Below, one piece after another: positions 37,454 to 44,860 of a stretch of DNA of 64,000 nt. The first letter of the stretch is position 1. Each line of letters opens with the position of its first letter. This DNA comes from Chloroflexi bacterium UBA5189 (lineage in GTDB: Bacteria > Chloroflexota > Limnocylindria > Limnocylindrales > CSP1-4). The translations under genes were made by a program, and so were the position numbers. The notes under the pieces are model-generated. The model was given only the letters and a program-made list of their open reading frames with translations. It ran no database searches and was not told the origin of the DNA. The stretch spans positions 149,241 to 213,240 of the forward strand of contig DHWF01000031.1 in assembly GCA_002413045.1 (NCBI GenBank), written 5' to 3'.

Positions 37454-38229
37454 GCCGCGGCCTCGCCAAGCGCCGCTCGAATCTCGTGGGCGGTCGAGCT
37501 GACGACGGCTGCGTCGAGGTCGCCAAACGAGCGCGGCCGCGGCAGCGAGACGCGCAGGTCCGCTGCGACGCGGCCGGGACGCGCGGACAGCACGACGACT
37601 CGATCGGCGAGGAAGATCGCCTCCTGCACCGAGTGGGTGACGAGCACGACCGTCGTCGGGGTCCGAGCGGTGATCGCGAGCAGCTCGAGGTTCAGTCGCT
37701 CTCGCGTGAGCTCGTCGAGGGCGCTGAAGGGCTCGTCGAGGAGCAGCACCCGGGGCCCGAGTGCCAGGGTCCGGGCGAGCGCGGCGCGCTGGCGCATGCC
37801 GCCGGAGAGCTGCGACGGGACCTGCGACGCGGCGGCCTCGATGCCGACGGTGCCGAGGAGCGTGGCCACGCGCGCATCACGCTCGGCCCGGGCGACGCCG
37901 GCCAGCTCGAGCGGATAGGCGATGTTCGCGGCGGTCGTTCGCCACGGGAGGAGGCGCGGCTCCTGGAACACGAGGCCGACGCGGGGATCCGGGCCGTCGA
38001 TCGGCCGGCCGTCGATCGAAGCCGTCCCGGCATCCGGCGCGAGGAGGCCGGCCACGACGCGAAGCAACGTCGACTTGCCGCTCCCGTTCGGCCCGATGAG
38101 GGCCACGATCTGCCCGGGCTCGACGACGAGATCGACGCCGTCCAGCGCGACGAGCCGATCGTCCCGGCCGGCAGGGAACGACACGCTGATGCCTCGCAGC
38201 GCGATCCGGCCGGGCGCCGTGGCGGTCAT
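37450..38229 (-). CDS. ABC transporter ATP-binding protein (NitT/TauT family)
   Basis: Walker A GPNGSGKST, signature LSGGMRQR, Walker B LLLDEPFSALD. ATGA overlaps at both ends. Confidence 0.9.
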   Translation of the reverse strand: MTATAPGRIALRGISVSFPAGRDDRLVALDGVDLVVEPGQIVALIGPNGSGKSTLLRVVAGLLAPDAGTASIDGRPIDGPDPRVGLVFQEPRLLPWRTTAANIAYPLELAGVARAERDARVATLLGTVGIEAAASQVPSQLSGGMRQRAALARTLALGPRVLLLDEPFSALDELTRERLNLELLAITARTPTTVVLVTHSVQEAIFLADRVVVLSARPGRVAADLRVSLPRPRSFGDLDAAVVSSTAHEIRAALGEAAA

Positions 38230-39698
38230 GCCACCGCTTCCGCGCGGGCCGCCGCGAGCTCGCGCAGGATCGGCGCGACGGCGGGGTGGAGCGCCGTGTA
38301 GGCGGCGTACAGCTCGTGATAGACGCCGCGCCGGTCGGGATCCGGCTCGAACCGACGATCGATCGCGGTCATCGCGCGGATTGCCGTCGGCAGATCCGGG
38401 TGGACGCCGACACCGACCGCGGCCACGATCGCCGCGCCGACCGCGGCCGTCTCGCGCAGCCGTGGCACCTCCACCGGGAACCCCGTGACGTCGGCCTTGA
38501 TCTGGTTCCAGCCGTCGTCGCGCGCCGGGCCGCCGCACGCACGCATCGCGCGGACCTCGATCCCCGCCTCGAGCATCGGCGCGGCCACGTGGCGGATCGC
38601 CAGGGCCGCCGCCTCCAGCGTCGCGCGGACGAGGTGCGCCCGGGTGTGCCGCAACGTGAGCCCGGCGAACACGCCTCGCGCCGACGGATCCCACAGCGGC
38701 GAGCGCTCGCCGGCGAGGTATGGCAGGAAGACAAGGCCCTCCGCGCCCGGCGGAACCGTCCGCGCCTCGGCGAGGAGCGCATCGACCGTCATGGACCCGT
38801 TCAGAATCTCGCTTCCGAGCCAGTCCAGCGCGGCGCCCGTCGCGGCCATCGCGCCACCGACGGAGTACAGCCCGGGGAGCGGCGCCGGCGTCGTGAACCC
38901 ACCCGCGACCTCGATCGGCCGATCCGCGTACACGCCGAAGCCGCCGGCCGCGCCGCCAACGTCGATCGCGTCGCCCGGCTCCAGCATCCGCGCGCCGTGG
39001 AAGCTCGCGAACGCATCCACGAGCCCAACGACGATCGGGATACCGGCGCGCAGGCCCAGGTGTCGAGCGGCATCGGGCAGCAGCCCGCCGAGCACCGTCC
39101 CGACGTTCGCATCCGGCGCAACCCGATGGAGCGCCAGCCCGGATCCTGCGAGCGCGCCGCGCGGCATCCCCTGCCCACCCGGCACGACCGACGTCGCCGC
39201 GCGGCCGGTGAGCCGCAGGCCGAGCGCCTCCCACGAGTTCAGGTACCAGCGGGTGCGCGATGCGACCGCGGGCTCGTGGCGCTCCAGCCAGCGCGCGGCG
39301 GGCAGCACGCCGAGCGCCCAACCCCGGAGGCCGGTCGCGGCCTCGAGCTCCGCCCGCTCGCCGCTCGATCGGCTGTCGAGCCAGGTCATCCCGGGTCGGA
39401 CGGGGCGGCCGTCCGCGTCGACCGCGGTCAAGGTGGGACCGTGGCCCGCGATGCACAGCCCGATCGGGTCGACGTGGTCGAACCCGCCGGCCTCGGCGAC
39501 CGCCAAGGCCTCGCGAACCGCGGCGCCCACGCCGGCCCACCACGCCGCTGGATCCTGTTCGGCCCGGCCCGACGCCGGGTCGACGTCGATGCCGTATCCG
39601 ACGCGACCGAACCCAACCGGCGTCCCATCGGGGGTGAGCAGCCCGACCTTGACCCGGGTCGTCCCGAGGTCGATCCCGATGAGCACCGGCGTGCTCAC
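38226..39698 (-). CDS. FGGY-family carbohydrate kinase
   Basis: GTG 39698 overlaps the regulator stop (GTGA). IGIDLGTTRVKVGL, FLPYLAGERSPLWDP, GGPARDDGWNQIKADV. Confidence 0.85.
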   Translation of the reverse strand: MSTPVLIGIDLGTTRVKVGLLTPDGTPVGFGRVGYGIDVDPASGRAEQDPAAWWAGVGAAVREALAVAEAGGFDHVDPIGLCIAGHGPTLTAVDADGRPVRPGMTWLDSRSSGERAELEAATGLRGWALGVLPAARWLERHEPAVASRTRWYLNSWEALGLRLTGRAATSVVPGGQGMPRGALAGSGLALHRVAPDANVGTVLGGLLPDAARHLGLRAGIPIVVGLVDAFASFHGARMLEPGDAIDVGGAAGGFGVYADRPIEVAGGFTTPAPLPGLYSVGGAMAATGAALDWLGSEILNGSMTVDALLAEARTVPPGAEGLVFLPYLAGERSPLWDPSARGVFAGLTLRHTRAHLVRATLEAAALAIRHVAAPMLEAGIEVRAMRACGGPARDDGWNQIKADVTGFPVEVPRLRETAAVGAAIVAAVGVGVHPDLPTAIRAMTAIDRRFEPDPDRRGVYHELYAAYTALHPAVAPILRELAAARAEAVA

Positions 39699-40663
39699 GT
39701 CGCGGCCTCGGAGGCGAGATTCAGCACGGCCTCGGCCGTCCGAACATCGGTCACGAGGACATTGAGGAAGTGGCCGCGCAGGGCGCCGAGGATCGGCACA
39801 ACCTTGGCCGAGCCCTCCGCGACCCCGATCGCGAGCGAGACACTCGAAAGCCCGCGGGCATCGAAGGCGACGGTCCGCTGCCGCAGCGAGTCGCCGACGA
39901 GCCGGCCGTCGATCGCGAACGGCGCGATGAGCACCTCGCCGACGGCCTTGCCGGCGCTGATCTCCGCCATCGCCGCGCGCCCGACGCTGGCCTCGCTCCA
40001 GCTCGGGCCGCCGATCCCGAACAGCGCGACGTCGAGCCGCGCCCACAGGTCGATCACGCTGCGAACACCCGCGTGCGCGCACAGCGCATCACGCACGTTC
40101 GCGTCATCGAGCAGACCGGGCGCGTGCAGCGCCTGCACGCTGGCCCCGAAGGCACCGCCGATCCGGCGATATGGCTCGTCTCCGGCACCGGCTCGCCAGA
40201 ACCCGCCGCACAGCGGCACGACGGTGGCATCCACCTGCGCCCCGGCCCCGGCTCCGGCCGCGCCGACGTTGGCTCCGGCACCCGTGCCGAGCTCGTCCGC
40301 CACGGCGGACACTGATGCCCCATCCCCGATGCCGACCACCATCCCGTCGCGAATCTCGCTTCGGAGCACCTCGCCGGCAAGACGCCCGACGCGCCGTCGC
40401 GTCAGCTCGGGCGGGCCATCGAGGGTCGGCGCCACGTGGACCGCACGCAGCCCGAACCGCGCTCGTAGCGCCTCACCCGCGGACGACTCGATCGCGCTCC
40501 TGTCGACGACCCGGATTTCGACGACGCCCTGGGCCCGCGCCTCCTTGAGCAGCCGCGACACCTGCGGCCGCGTGACCCCGACCAGCGCCGCGATCGCCTC
40601 CTGGGTCTCGCCGAGCTCGTAATACAGCCGGCTCACGCGAACCAGCGTGGCGAAGTCGCTCAT
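39695..40663 (-). CDS. SorC/DeoR-type sugar-binding transcriptional regulator
   Basis: N-terminal HTH LYYELGETQEAIAALVGVTRPQVSRLLKEAR followed by a sugar-phosphate-binding-like domain. Confidence 0.85.
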   Translation of the reverse strand: MSDFATLVRVSRLYYELGETQEAIAALVGVTRPQVSRLLKEARAQGVVEIRVVDRSAIESSAGEALRARFGLRAVHVAPTLDGPPELTRRRVGRLAGEVLRSEIRDGMVVGIGDGASVSAVADELGTGAGANVGAAGAGAGAQVDATVVPLCGGFWRAGAGDEPYRRIGGAFGASVQALHAPGLLDDANVRDALCAHAGVRSVIDLWARLDVALFGIGGPSWSEASVGRAAMAEISAGKAVGEVLIAPFAIDGRLVGDSLRQRTVAFDARGLSSVSLAIGVAEGSAKVVPILGALRGHFLNVLVTDVRTAEAVLNLASEAAT

Positions 40664-40753
40664 CGCCAGCGCGCGGCTAGCGCGGCCACGGCGGCCGGCT
40701 CAGCAGTCCTCCGGCGAGGCATCCGCGGTCGCACGAACCCGCCCCGGCACGTT

Positions 40754-40786
40754 TGTTCTGAACAGATGTGCACGCGATCATGATCG
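40754..40786. promoter_or_regulatory. Two palindromes upstream of the SorC regulator gene (candidate operators)
   Basis: TGTTC-T-GAACA at 40754-40764 and perfect CGATCATGATCG at 40775-40786, about 90-120 nt upstream of start 40663. Confidence 0.3.
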
Positions 40787-40835
40787 GCCGACGGGACCCA
40801 GGCGTCAACCGTCCGGCGAACCACGGCGGCCGACA

Positions 40836-41047
40836 TCAGAGGCGCGCGTAATCGGCCGAGATGTTCCCTACGGATACGAACGCGACCACCTTCGGCCCCA
40901 CGACCGCCAGATTCCAACCCTGAACACCCTCGGGGCGCCGAATCCCGTCGATCCTGTATCCCCATGGGGACAAGTTCGACGTGGTCGGACGCCATCGCAG
41001 GCTCGAAGCGCCAAACGTCGTCGAGTTCGTAGCCCAGCGGAACATTC
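40836..41047 (-). repeat. Copy 1 of a diverged ~210-bp repeat; contains an intact 69-codon ORF (40836-41045)
   Basis: The minus strand reads GAATGTTCCGCTGGGCTACGAACTCGACGA..ACAGGATCGACGGGAT..GTCGCGTTCGTATCC..AGGGAACATCT, colinear with 44861-45068 on the plus strand. ORF is MFRWATNSTTFGASS...ADYARL. Confidence 0.7.
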
Positions 41048-41060
41048 CGCCGGGCGTTGG

Positions 41061-41120
41061 CTCAGTGGGCGGCGCGTCGTCTTAGTGGGCGGCGCGGGAG
41101 CTCAGTGGGCGGCGGCTCCG
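41061..41120. repeat. Three tandem 20-bp repeats, core CT(C/T)AGTGGGCGGCG
   Basis: Units start at 41061, 41081 and 41101. On the minus strand each reads ..GCC GCC CAC T(G/A)A, that is Ala-Ala-His-stop. The 20-bp period puts the three stops in three different frames. Confidence 0.85.
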
Positions 41121-41506
41121 TAGCCGTCGATGGTGACCTCGACGAGCGGGCTGTCGGTGAACATCACGTCGGGGTCGCGGCGCCAGGCCTTGGCAACCTG
41201 CTCGATGACCTGGCGGCGGTGGACCGGCTCGGTGACCTCGGTCGCGATTGCCGGCAGGTCCGCGTGGACGCCCTGCTTCAGGTGGAACGTGAACGACGGG
41301 TTGGCGCGCATGTTGTGCAGCCAGGCGCGGGTCCGCTCGGCGCTGGGCATGCCGCTGATGTACAGCCGCCCGCCGAAGTTGAAGAAGACGATCTCGATGC
41401 GGCGCGGCTCGCCGGACTTCCGCCCGATGGTCGTGATGTCGATCGTGTGGCCCTGGTCGAGCGCCTTGGCGATCGCGGGGTCGAGCTTGGTCGGGGTGGT
41501 GGTCAT
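41102..41506 (-). CDS. DUF385 / deazaflavin (F420)-dependent nitroreductase-family protein
   Basis: ATG 41506 (MTTTPTKL). ITTIGRKSGEPRRIEIVFFNFGGRLYISG...WLHNMRANP. Confidence 0.75.
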   Translation of the reverse strand: MTTTPTKLDPAIAKALDQGHTIDITTIGRKSGEPRRIEIVFFNFGGRLYISGMPSAERTRAWLHNMRANPSFTFHLKQGVHADLPAIATEVTEPVHRRQVIEQVAKAWRRDPDVMFTDSPLVEVTIDGYGAAAH

Positions 41507-41806
41507 GAGAAGGGTCGAGGCTCCGAACGTTGGGTCGGGCGAGTCGCGGCGAACCACCGCGAACTGATCGTTGACGACGCAACGATCTTCGCACGCCTAC
41601 CCGCTCGGCGCAAGTGCAGTTGGTCGTCTGGGTGACCGAGTTCGACGAGGTTCGACACGCCGCGCGATGAAGGTCGTCGATCTTGATCGTCCGGGCGCTC
41701 TCATTCGACCAACTTCGACGGCATCCGACGCCGCTTGGGCCGCTACCTCGTCGAATTCGTCCATCGCGGCGACCAACGCGCCGATCTCGAGCCGGCCGGC
41801 CCGCGG

Positions 41807-42373
41807 CTAGACGCGCTTGCCCTGGGCCCGGAGCTCCGCCTTGTAGGCCCGCTTGCCGGCCTGGTACGACGCGAGCGCCTCGGGCGAGTCGACATCACCC
41901 AGGGTGTGCTGCTTCGGCATGACATCGGCCATGCCTGGCAGGTCGACGCCGAAGCGTTTGCCGAGGATCGCCAGGATCGTTCGGGCCTTCATCTCGCCGA
42001 TCCCGGGCAGCTCGAGCAGCCGCGCCTGGAGGTCCCTGCCGTCCTTCGCCTCGCGCCAGATCCGCGACGCATCGCCGTCGTACTTCTCCGCGATGGCAGC
42101 GCACAGTGCGGCGACCTTGCCGGCCATCGAGCCGGGGAAGCGGTGGAGCGCCGGGCGCTCGCGGAAGATGCGATCGAGCTCGGCCGGGTCGGTTGCGGCA
42201 ATCCGGCGGGCGTCGAGATGGCCGAGCCGGCGTTGGAGCTCCCACGGGCCGGAGAACGCCTTCTGGACGGTGACCTGCTGGTCGAGCGCGAAGCCGATGA
42301 GGAGCGCGAGCGGGTCGGTCGAGAGGAGCTCGTCGGCGTCATCGTTGCCGGTGAATGGAAGTCGCGCGGTCAT
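41807..42373 (-). CDS. HhH-GPD-type base-excision DNA repair family protein
   Basis: ATG 42373 (MTARLPFTGN). LALLIGFALDQQV...LLELPGIGEMKARTILAILG, a helix-hairpin-helix. Confidence 0.75.
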   Translation of the reverse strand: MTARLPFTGNDDADELLSTDPLALLIGFALDQQVTVQKAFSGPWELQRRLGHLDARRIAATDPAELDRIFRERPALHRFPGSMAGKVAALCAAIAEKYDGDASRIWREAKDGRDLQARLLELPGIGEMKARTILAILGKRFGVDLPGMADVMPKQHTLGDVDSPEALASYQAGKRAYKAELRAQGKRV

Positions 42374-42479
42374 CGGTGGGAGCCTCCGGTCGAGGGTGCG
42401 CGCGGGCGCGCGGAAGGCCGCGATCGTAGCGCTTGCAACGGCTCTGCAAGGTTCCGGGCTTGCGCTTCGGCGGTAGGAT

Positions 42480-42795
42480 TCGGGCAACGGAGGTCTGCTC
42501 GATGACGGATCGACGCCGCTCACCGGCTCCAGAGTCCGGACGCAGGAACGGGACCCACGTGGCCCCGAACCTCGCGAGCACCGCGGACGCATCCCGAGGC
42601 GCGAGCAACCTCGCCACCGTGCCCCGCGCGGGCAACATCAGCTCCGACACCCGCGCCGGCCGCCTCGGGTGATCCGGGCCGGGGGCCGCCCGCCGGCGAA
42701 GGGGAGCCGCGCGACGACCAAGCACTCGGATCACCAACTGCAGAACGTGAATGCAACGGAAGACCCGCGCTCGCCGCGAGCGCGGGTCTGTTTAT
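42480..42795 (+). ncRNA. Candidate structured noncoding RNA of unknown class (boundaries and strand tentative)
   Basis: ~440-bp gap with no credible ORF. TAGGAT (TANNNT) at 42474-79. Long-range perfect 9-bp pairing GGTGATCCG (42668-76) / CGGATCACC (42727-35). Ends in a 13-bp perfect hairpin plus GUUUAU. Confidence 0.2.
42761..42795. terminator. Intrinsic terminator, usable in both directions
   Basis: AGACCCGCGCTCG (42761-73), loop CCG, CGAGCGCGGGTCT (42777-89), a perfect 13-bp stem. Followed by GTTTAT on the plus strand. Lies 22 nt downstream of the minus-strand stop at 42812. Confidence 0.6.
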
Positions 42796-42811
42796 GCCGG
42801 GTCGGCCCCGC

Positions 42812-43219
42812 CTATTCGAGGACGATCCGCACGCCGTCGCCATCGGAATCCTCGACGTCGAGGATCGGGCCGTGGGTGCCCGTCGTGACCGCCTCCTCCA
42901 CGTCGGCGATCTGCTCCCTGGAAAGCCCTGGCACGCGCGAGAGCGCGAACCTCCCGAGCGAGATCGGGATGCGCAGGTCGACGACGCGTCGCCCGTTCTC
43001 GCGAACCTCGATCCGGGCCCATCGGGGCGGCGTGCCGCCGGTCGTCGGCGCGGTCGGGGTCGTCGGCATGGCGGCCGTCGGCCCATCGTCGGCGGCGACG
43101 CCTGCCCACGCGGGTTGCTTGCCCCGGCTGTCGAGGGCGTCGAGGATCGGCGCCGCCTCCTCGGCCGTGAGCCGGCCCTCTGCGACGAGCTTCAGGACGC
43201 GGTCAAGCGGATCGGTCAT
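42812..43219 (-). CDS. Small acidic protein with N-terminal SHOCT-like helix
   Basis: ATGA overlap with the upstream gene. VLKLVAEGRLTAEEAAPILDAL, Pro/Thr linker, then a beta-rich C-terminal domain. Confidence 0.65.
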   Translation of the reverse strand: MTDPLDRVLKLVAEGRLTAEEAAPILDALDSRGKQPAWAGVAADDGPTAAMPTTPTAPTTGGTPPRWARIEVRENGRRVVDLRIPISLGRFALSRVPGLSREQIADVEEAVTTGTHGPILDVEDSDGDGVRIVLE

Positions 43220-44241
43220 CGGAGCACCGCGTCAAGCGAGCCGAGCTGATCGGTCGCCTCGGCGACGCTGATCTCGCCGCGCTCGAGCGCCTTGAGGATC
43301 TCGAGTCGCGCAGCGTCCAGGTCGGCGGACGCGGCAGACGACGCCGAACCGGCAGACGCCGCGGTAGCGCCGCCGGGCGCCGCCGCTGCGCCGGGCGCCG
43401 GTGGGACGGCGGGCGCAGCTGGTGGCGTCGGCGGGGCAACAGTCTCGGGTGCTGCATCGCGCGGTTCGACCACGTGGAAATCTCCTGAAACCGACTGGAA
43501 TGTCAGGGTCGGGCCGGGTCGGCCGATGGTCAGGATCTTTCGACCGGGTGCCGACTCGCGCTTGCTCGGCAGGTCGCTGTTCAGGTCGCCAGTGACCGAC
43601 TGCGCCTCGATCCGGAAGCCGGACCGGCCGACGAGGGTCACGTCGCCGCTGATCGAGCGCAGGCTGAACGGGCCATTGCCATCGAGCTGGGCGTCGAGCC
43701 AGATGTCGCCGGACGTGGTCTGCAGCTCGAGACGGCGCAGCCGCGGCACGCGCACGTGCATGTCGCCGGAGATCGACTTGGCGGACAGCTCGAGCGGCGC
43801 CTGGCCCTCGATCTCGACGTCGCCCGACACGGATTCGATGTCGACCGGCCCGGCGAGGCGCTCGAACGTCAGGTCGCCCGAGGCACTCCGGAAGCGCTTG
43901 CTGCCGCTCAGGTCCGAGGCGGCGACCTCCGCGCTCGCCGACTCGACGGACACGGTCGCGCCGTGGGGCACCTCGACCGCGATCTCCGGGGAAGCGCCGC
44001 GCGAGATCGACAGGATGCCGAGGCCGAACTTCTCGATCTGGCGCAGCTCCACGAAGTCAGCGCCGGTGCTGACGTGGAACAGCGAGTCGAGGCTGCGGTC
44101 GCCGTCGAGGGAGCGAACGCGGATCCGGTCGCCCTCGACGCCGTGGATCCGGATCTCGCCGGATGCCTGGCGGAGCGTGAACCGGCCGCGCGGGCCGACC
44201 TGGTGATCGATCGTGGTGACGTGCTCGTTGGTCTGGGTCAT
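43216..44241 (-). CDS. DUF4097 (putative adhesin/beta-helix repeat) protein with C-terminal SHOCT-like helix
   Basis: ATGA overlaps at both ends. Seven (S/T)GD(L/V/I/M/F) repeat units (ASGDLTF, VSGDVEI, ISGDMHV, TSGDIWL, ISGDVTL, VTGDLNS, VSGDFHV). Pro/Ala linker. LEILKALERGEISVAEATDQL. Confidence 0.8.
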   Translation of the reverse strand: MTQTNEHVTTIDHQVGPRGRFTLRQASGEIRIHGVEGDRIRVRSLDGDRSLDSLFHVSTGADFVELRQIEKFGLGILSISRGASPEIAVEVPHGATVSVESASAEVAASDLSGSKRFRSASGDLTFERLAGPVDIESVSGDVEIEGQAPLELSAKSISGDMHVRVPRLRRLELQTTSGDIWLDAQLDGNGPFSLRSISGDVTLVGRSGFRIEAQSVTGDLNSDLPSKRESAPGRKILTIGRPGPTLTFQSVSGDFHVVEPRDAAPETVAPPTPPAAPAVPPAPGAAAAPGGATAASAGSASSAASADLDAARLEILKALERGEISVAEATDQLGSLDAVLR

Positions 44242-44690
44242 CGATCGGTCCTTCCGAGATTCCGGATTGCGATCGCGGCCTCGTCGGCGGTGATCTCCTT
44301 GCGAGCGAGCCGCTCGAGGATTCCCTGGCGGGTCGCGGCGGCGTCCGCGGCGCTGGTGGCCGTGGCGCTTGCCACGGCTGATGCTGCGGCTGCGTCCTCG
44401 GCGGCCTCGTCGCTGTCCGCGCGAGGCCCGAAGCCGAGTGCCCGTACGAGGGCCTCGACGCGCGACCGGACGGTCGGATACGAGATCCCGAGCTCGCGCT
44501 CCATGTCGCGCAGGTTGCCGCGGGAGCGCAGGAAGCTCTCGAGCAGGAGCAGCTGCTCCCGCGTGAGCCGCCCGAACCGCCCGACACTGAACTCGCCCTC
44601 GAGGGTCGTGCCGCACGAGCGGCAGTTGAGGCGCGTGACGGTCAGCTCGCTCGAGCAGACGGGGCAGGTGGAGATGACGTCGTGAGGCAT
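44238..44690 (-). CDS. DUF2089 zinc-ribbon plus HTH protein with C-terminal SHOCT-like helix
   Basis: CPVCSSELTVTRLNCRSCGT zinc ribbon. RGNLRDMERELGISYPTVRSRVEAL HTH. ILERLARKEITADEAAIAIRNL. Confidence 0.85.
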   Translation of the reverse strand: MPHDVISTCPVCSSELTVTRLNCRSCGTTLEGEFSVGRFGRLTREQLLLLESFLRSRGNLRDMERELGISYPTVRSRVEALVRALGFGPRADSDEAAEDAAAASAVASATATSAADAAATRQGILERLARKEITADEAAIAIRNLGRTDR

Positions 44691-44715
44691 GCGGTTCCTT
44701 TCGCTGATTGGCTAG

Positions 44716-44745
44716 ACTATCGCACGCGCATTTTCACTTTGTCAA
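44716..44745 (-). promoter_or_regulatory. Sigma-70-like promoter for the DUF2089 operon
   Basis: Minus strand has TTGACA (44745-44740), an 18-nt spacer, then GATAGT (44721-44716). AAGGAA ribosome-binding site before ATG 44690. Locally AT-rich. Confidence 0.4.
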
Positions 44746-44860
44746 GCTACAGTTGCACTATTCGCATGTCACGTTGCGGAACGGCCTCGCGCGGCACCGG
44801 TTCGTCTCCGGACACATTGGTGGAACCAGGCCCGGGGCCGCGCGGCCCGTCCGGGGCTGC

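Noticed and set aside
41061-41120. CRISPR array.
   Set aside because: Only three directly abutting 20-bp units with 5-6 variable bases, no spacers of 25-40 bp, and no cas genes anywhere in the window.
41507-41806. Small gene or toxin-antitoxin remnant in the 300-bp gap upstream of the DUF385 gene.
   Set aside because: One minus-strand frame gives a plausible helical fragment (LEIGALVAAMDEFDEVAAQAASDAVEVG). It degenerates into Arg-rich sequence within 30 codons and has no convincing start. It may be a pseudogene fragment but is not supportable.
42374-42760. RNase P RNA, tmRNA, SRP RNA or 6S RNA as the identity of the structured gap.
   Set aside because: I looked for GAGGAAAGTCCGG and ACAGAACCCGGC (RNase P), a tRNA-like 3' end with GGTTCGA..CCA (tmRNA), and GGTCCGGAAGGAAGCAGCC (SRP). 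Only a loose AGAGTCCGGACGCAGGAA resemblance exists. The class remains unknown and needs a covariance-model scan.
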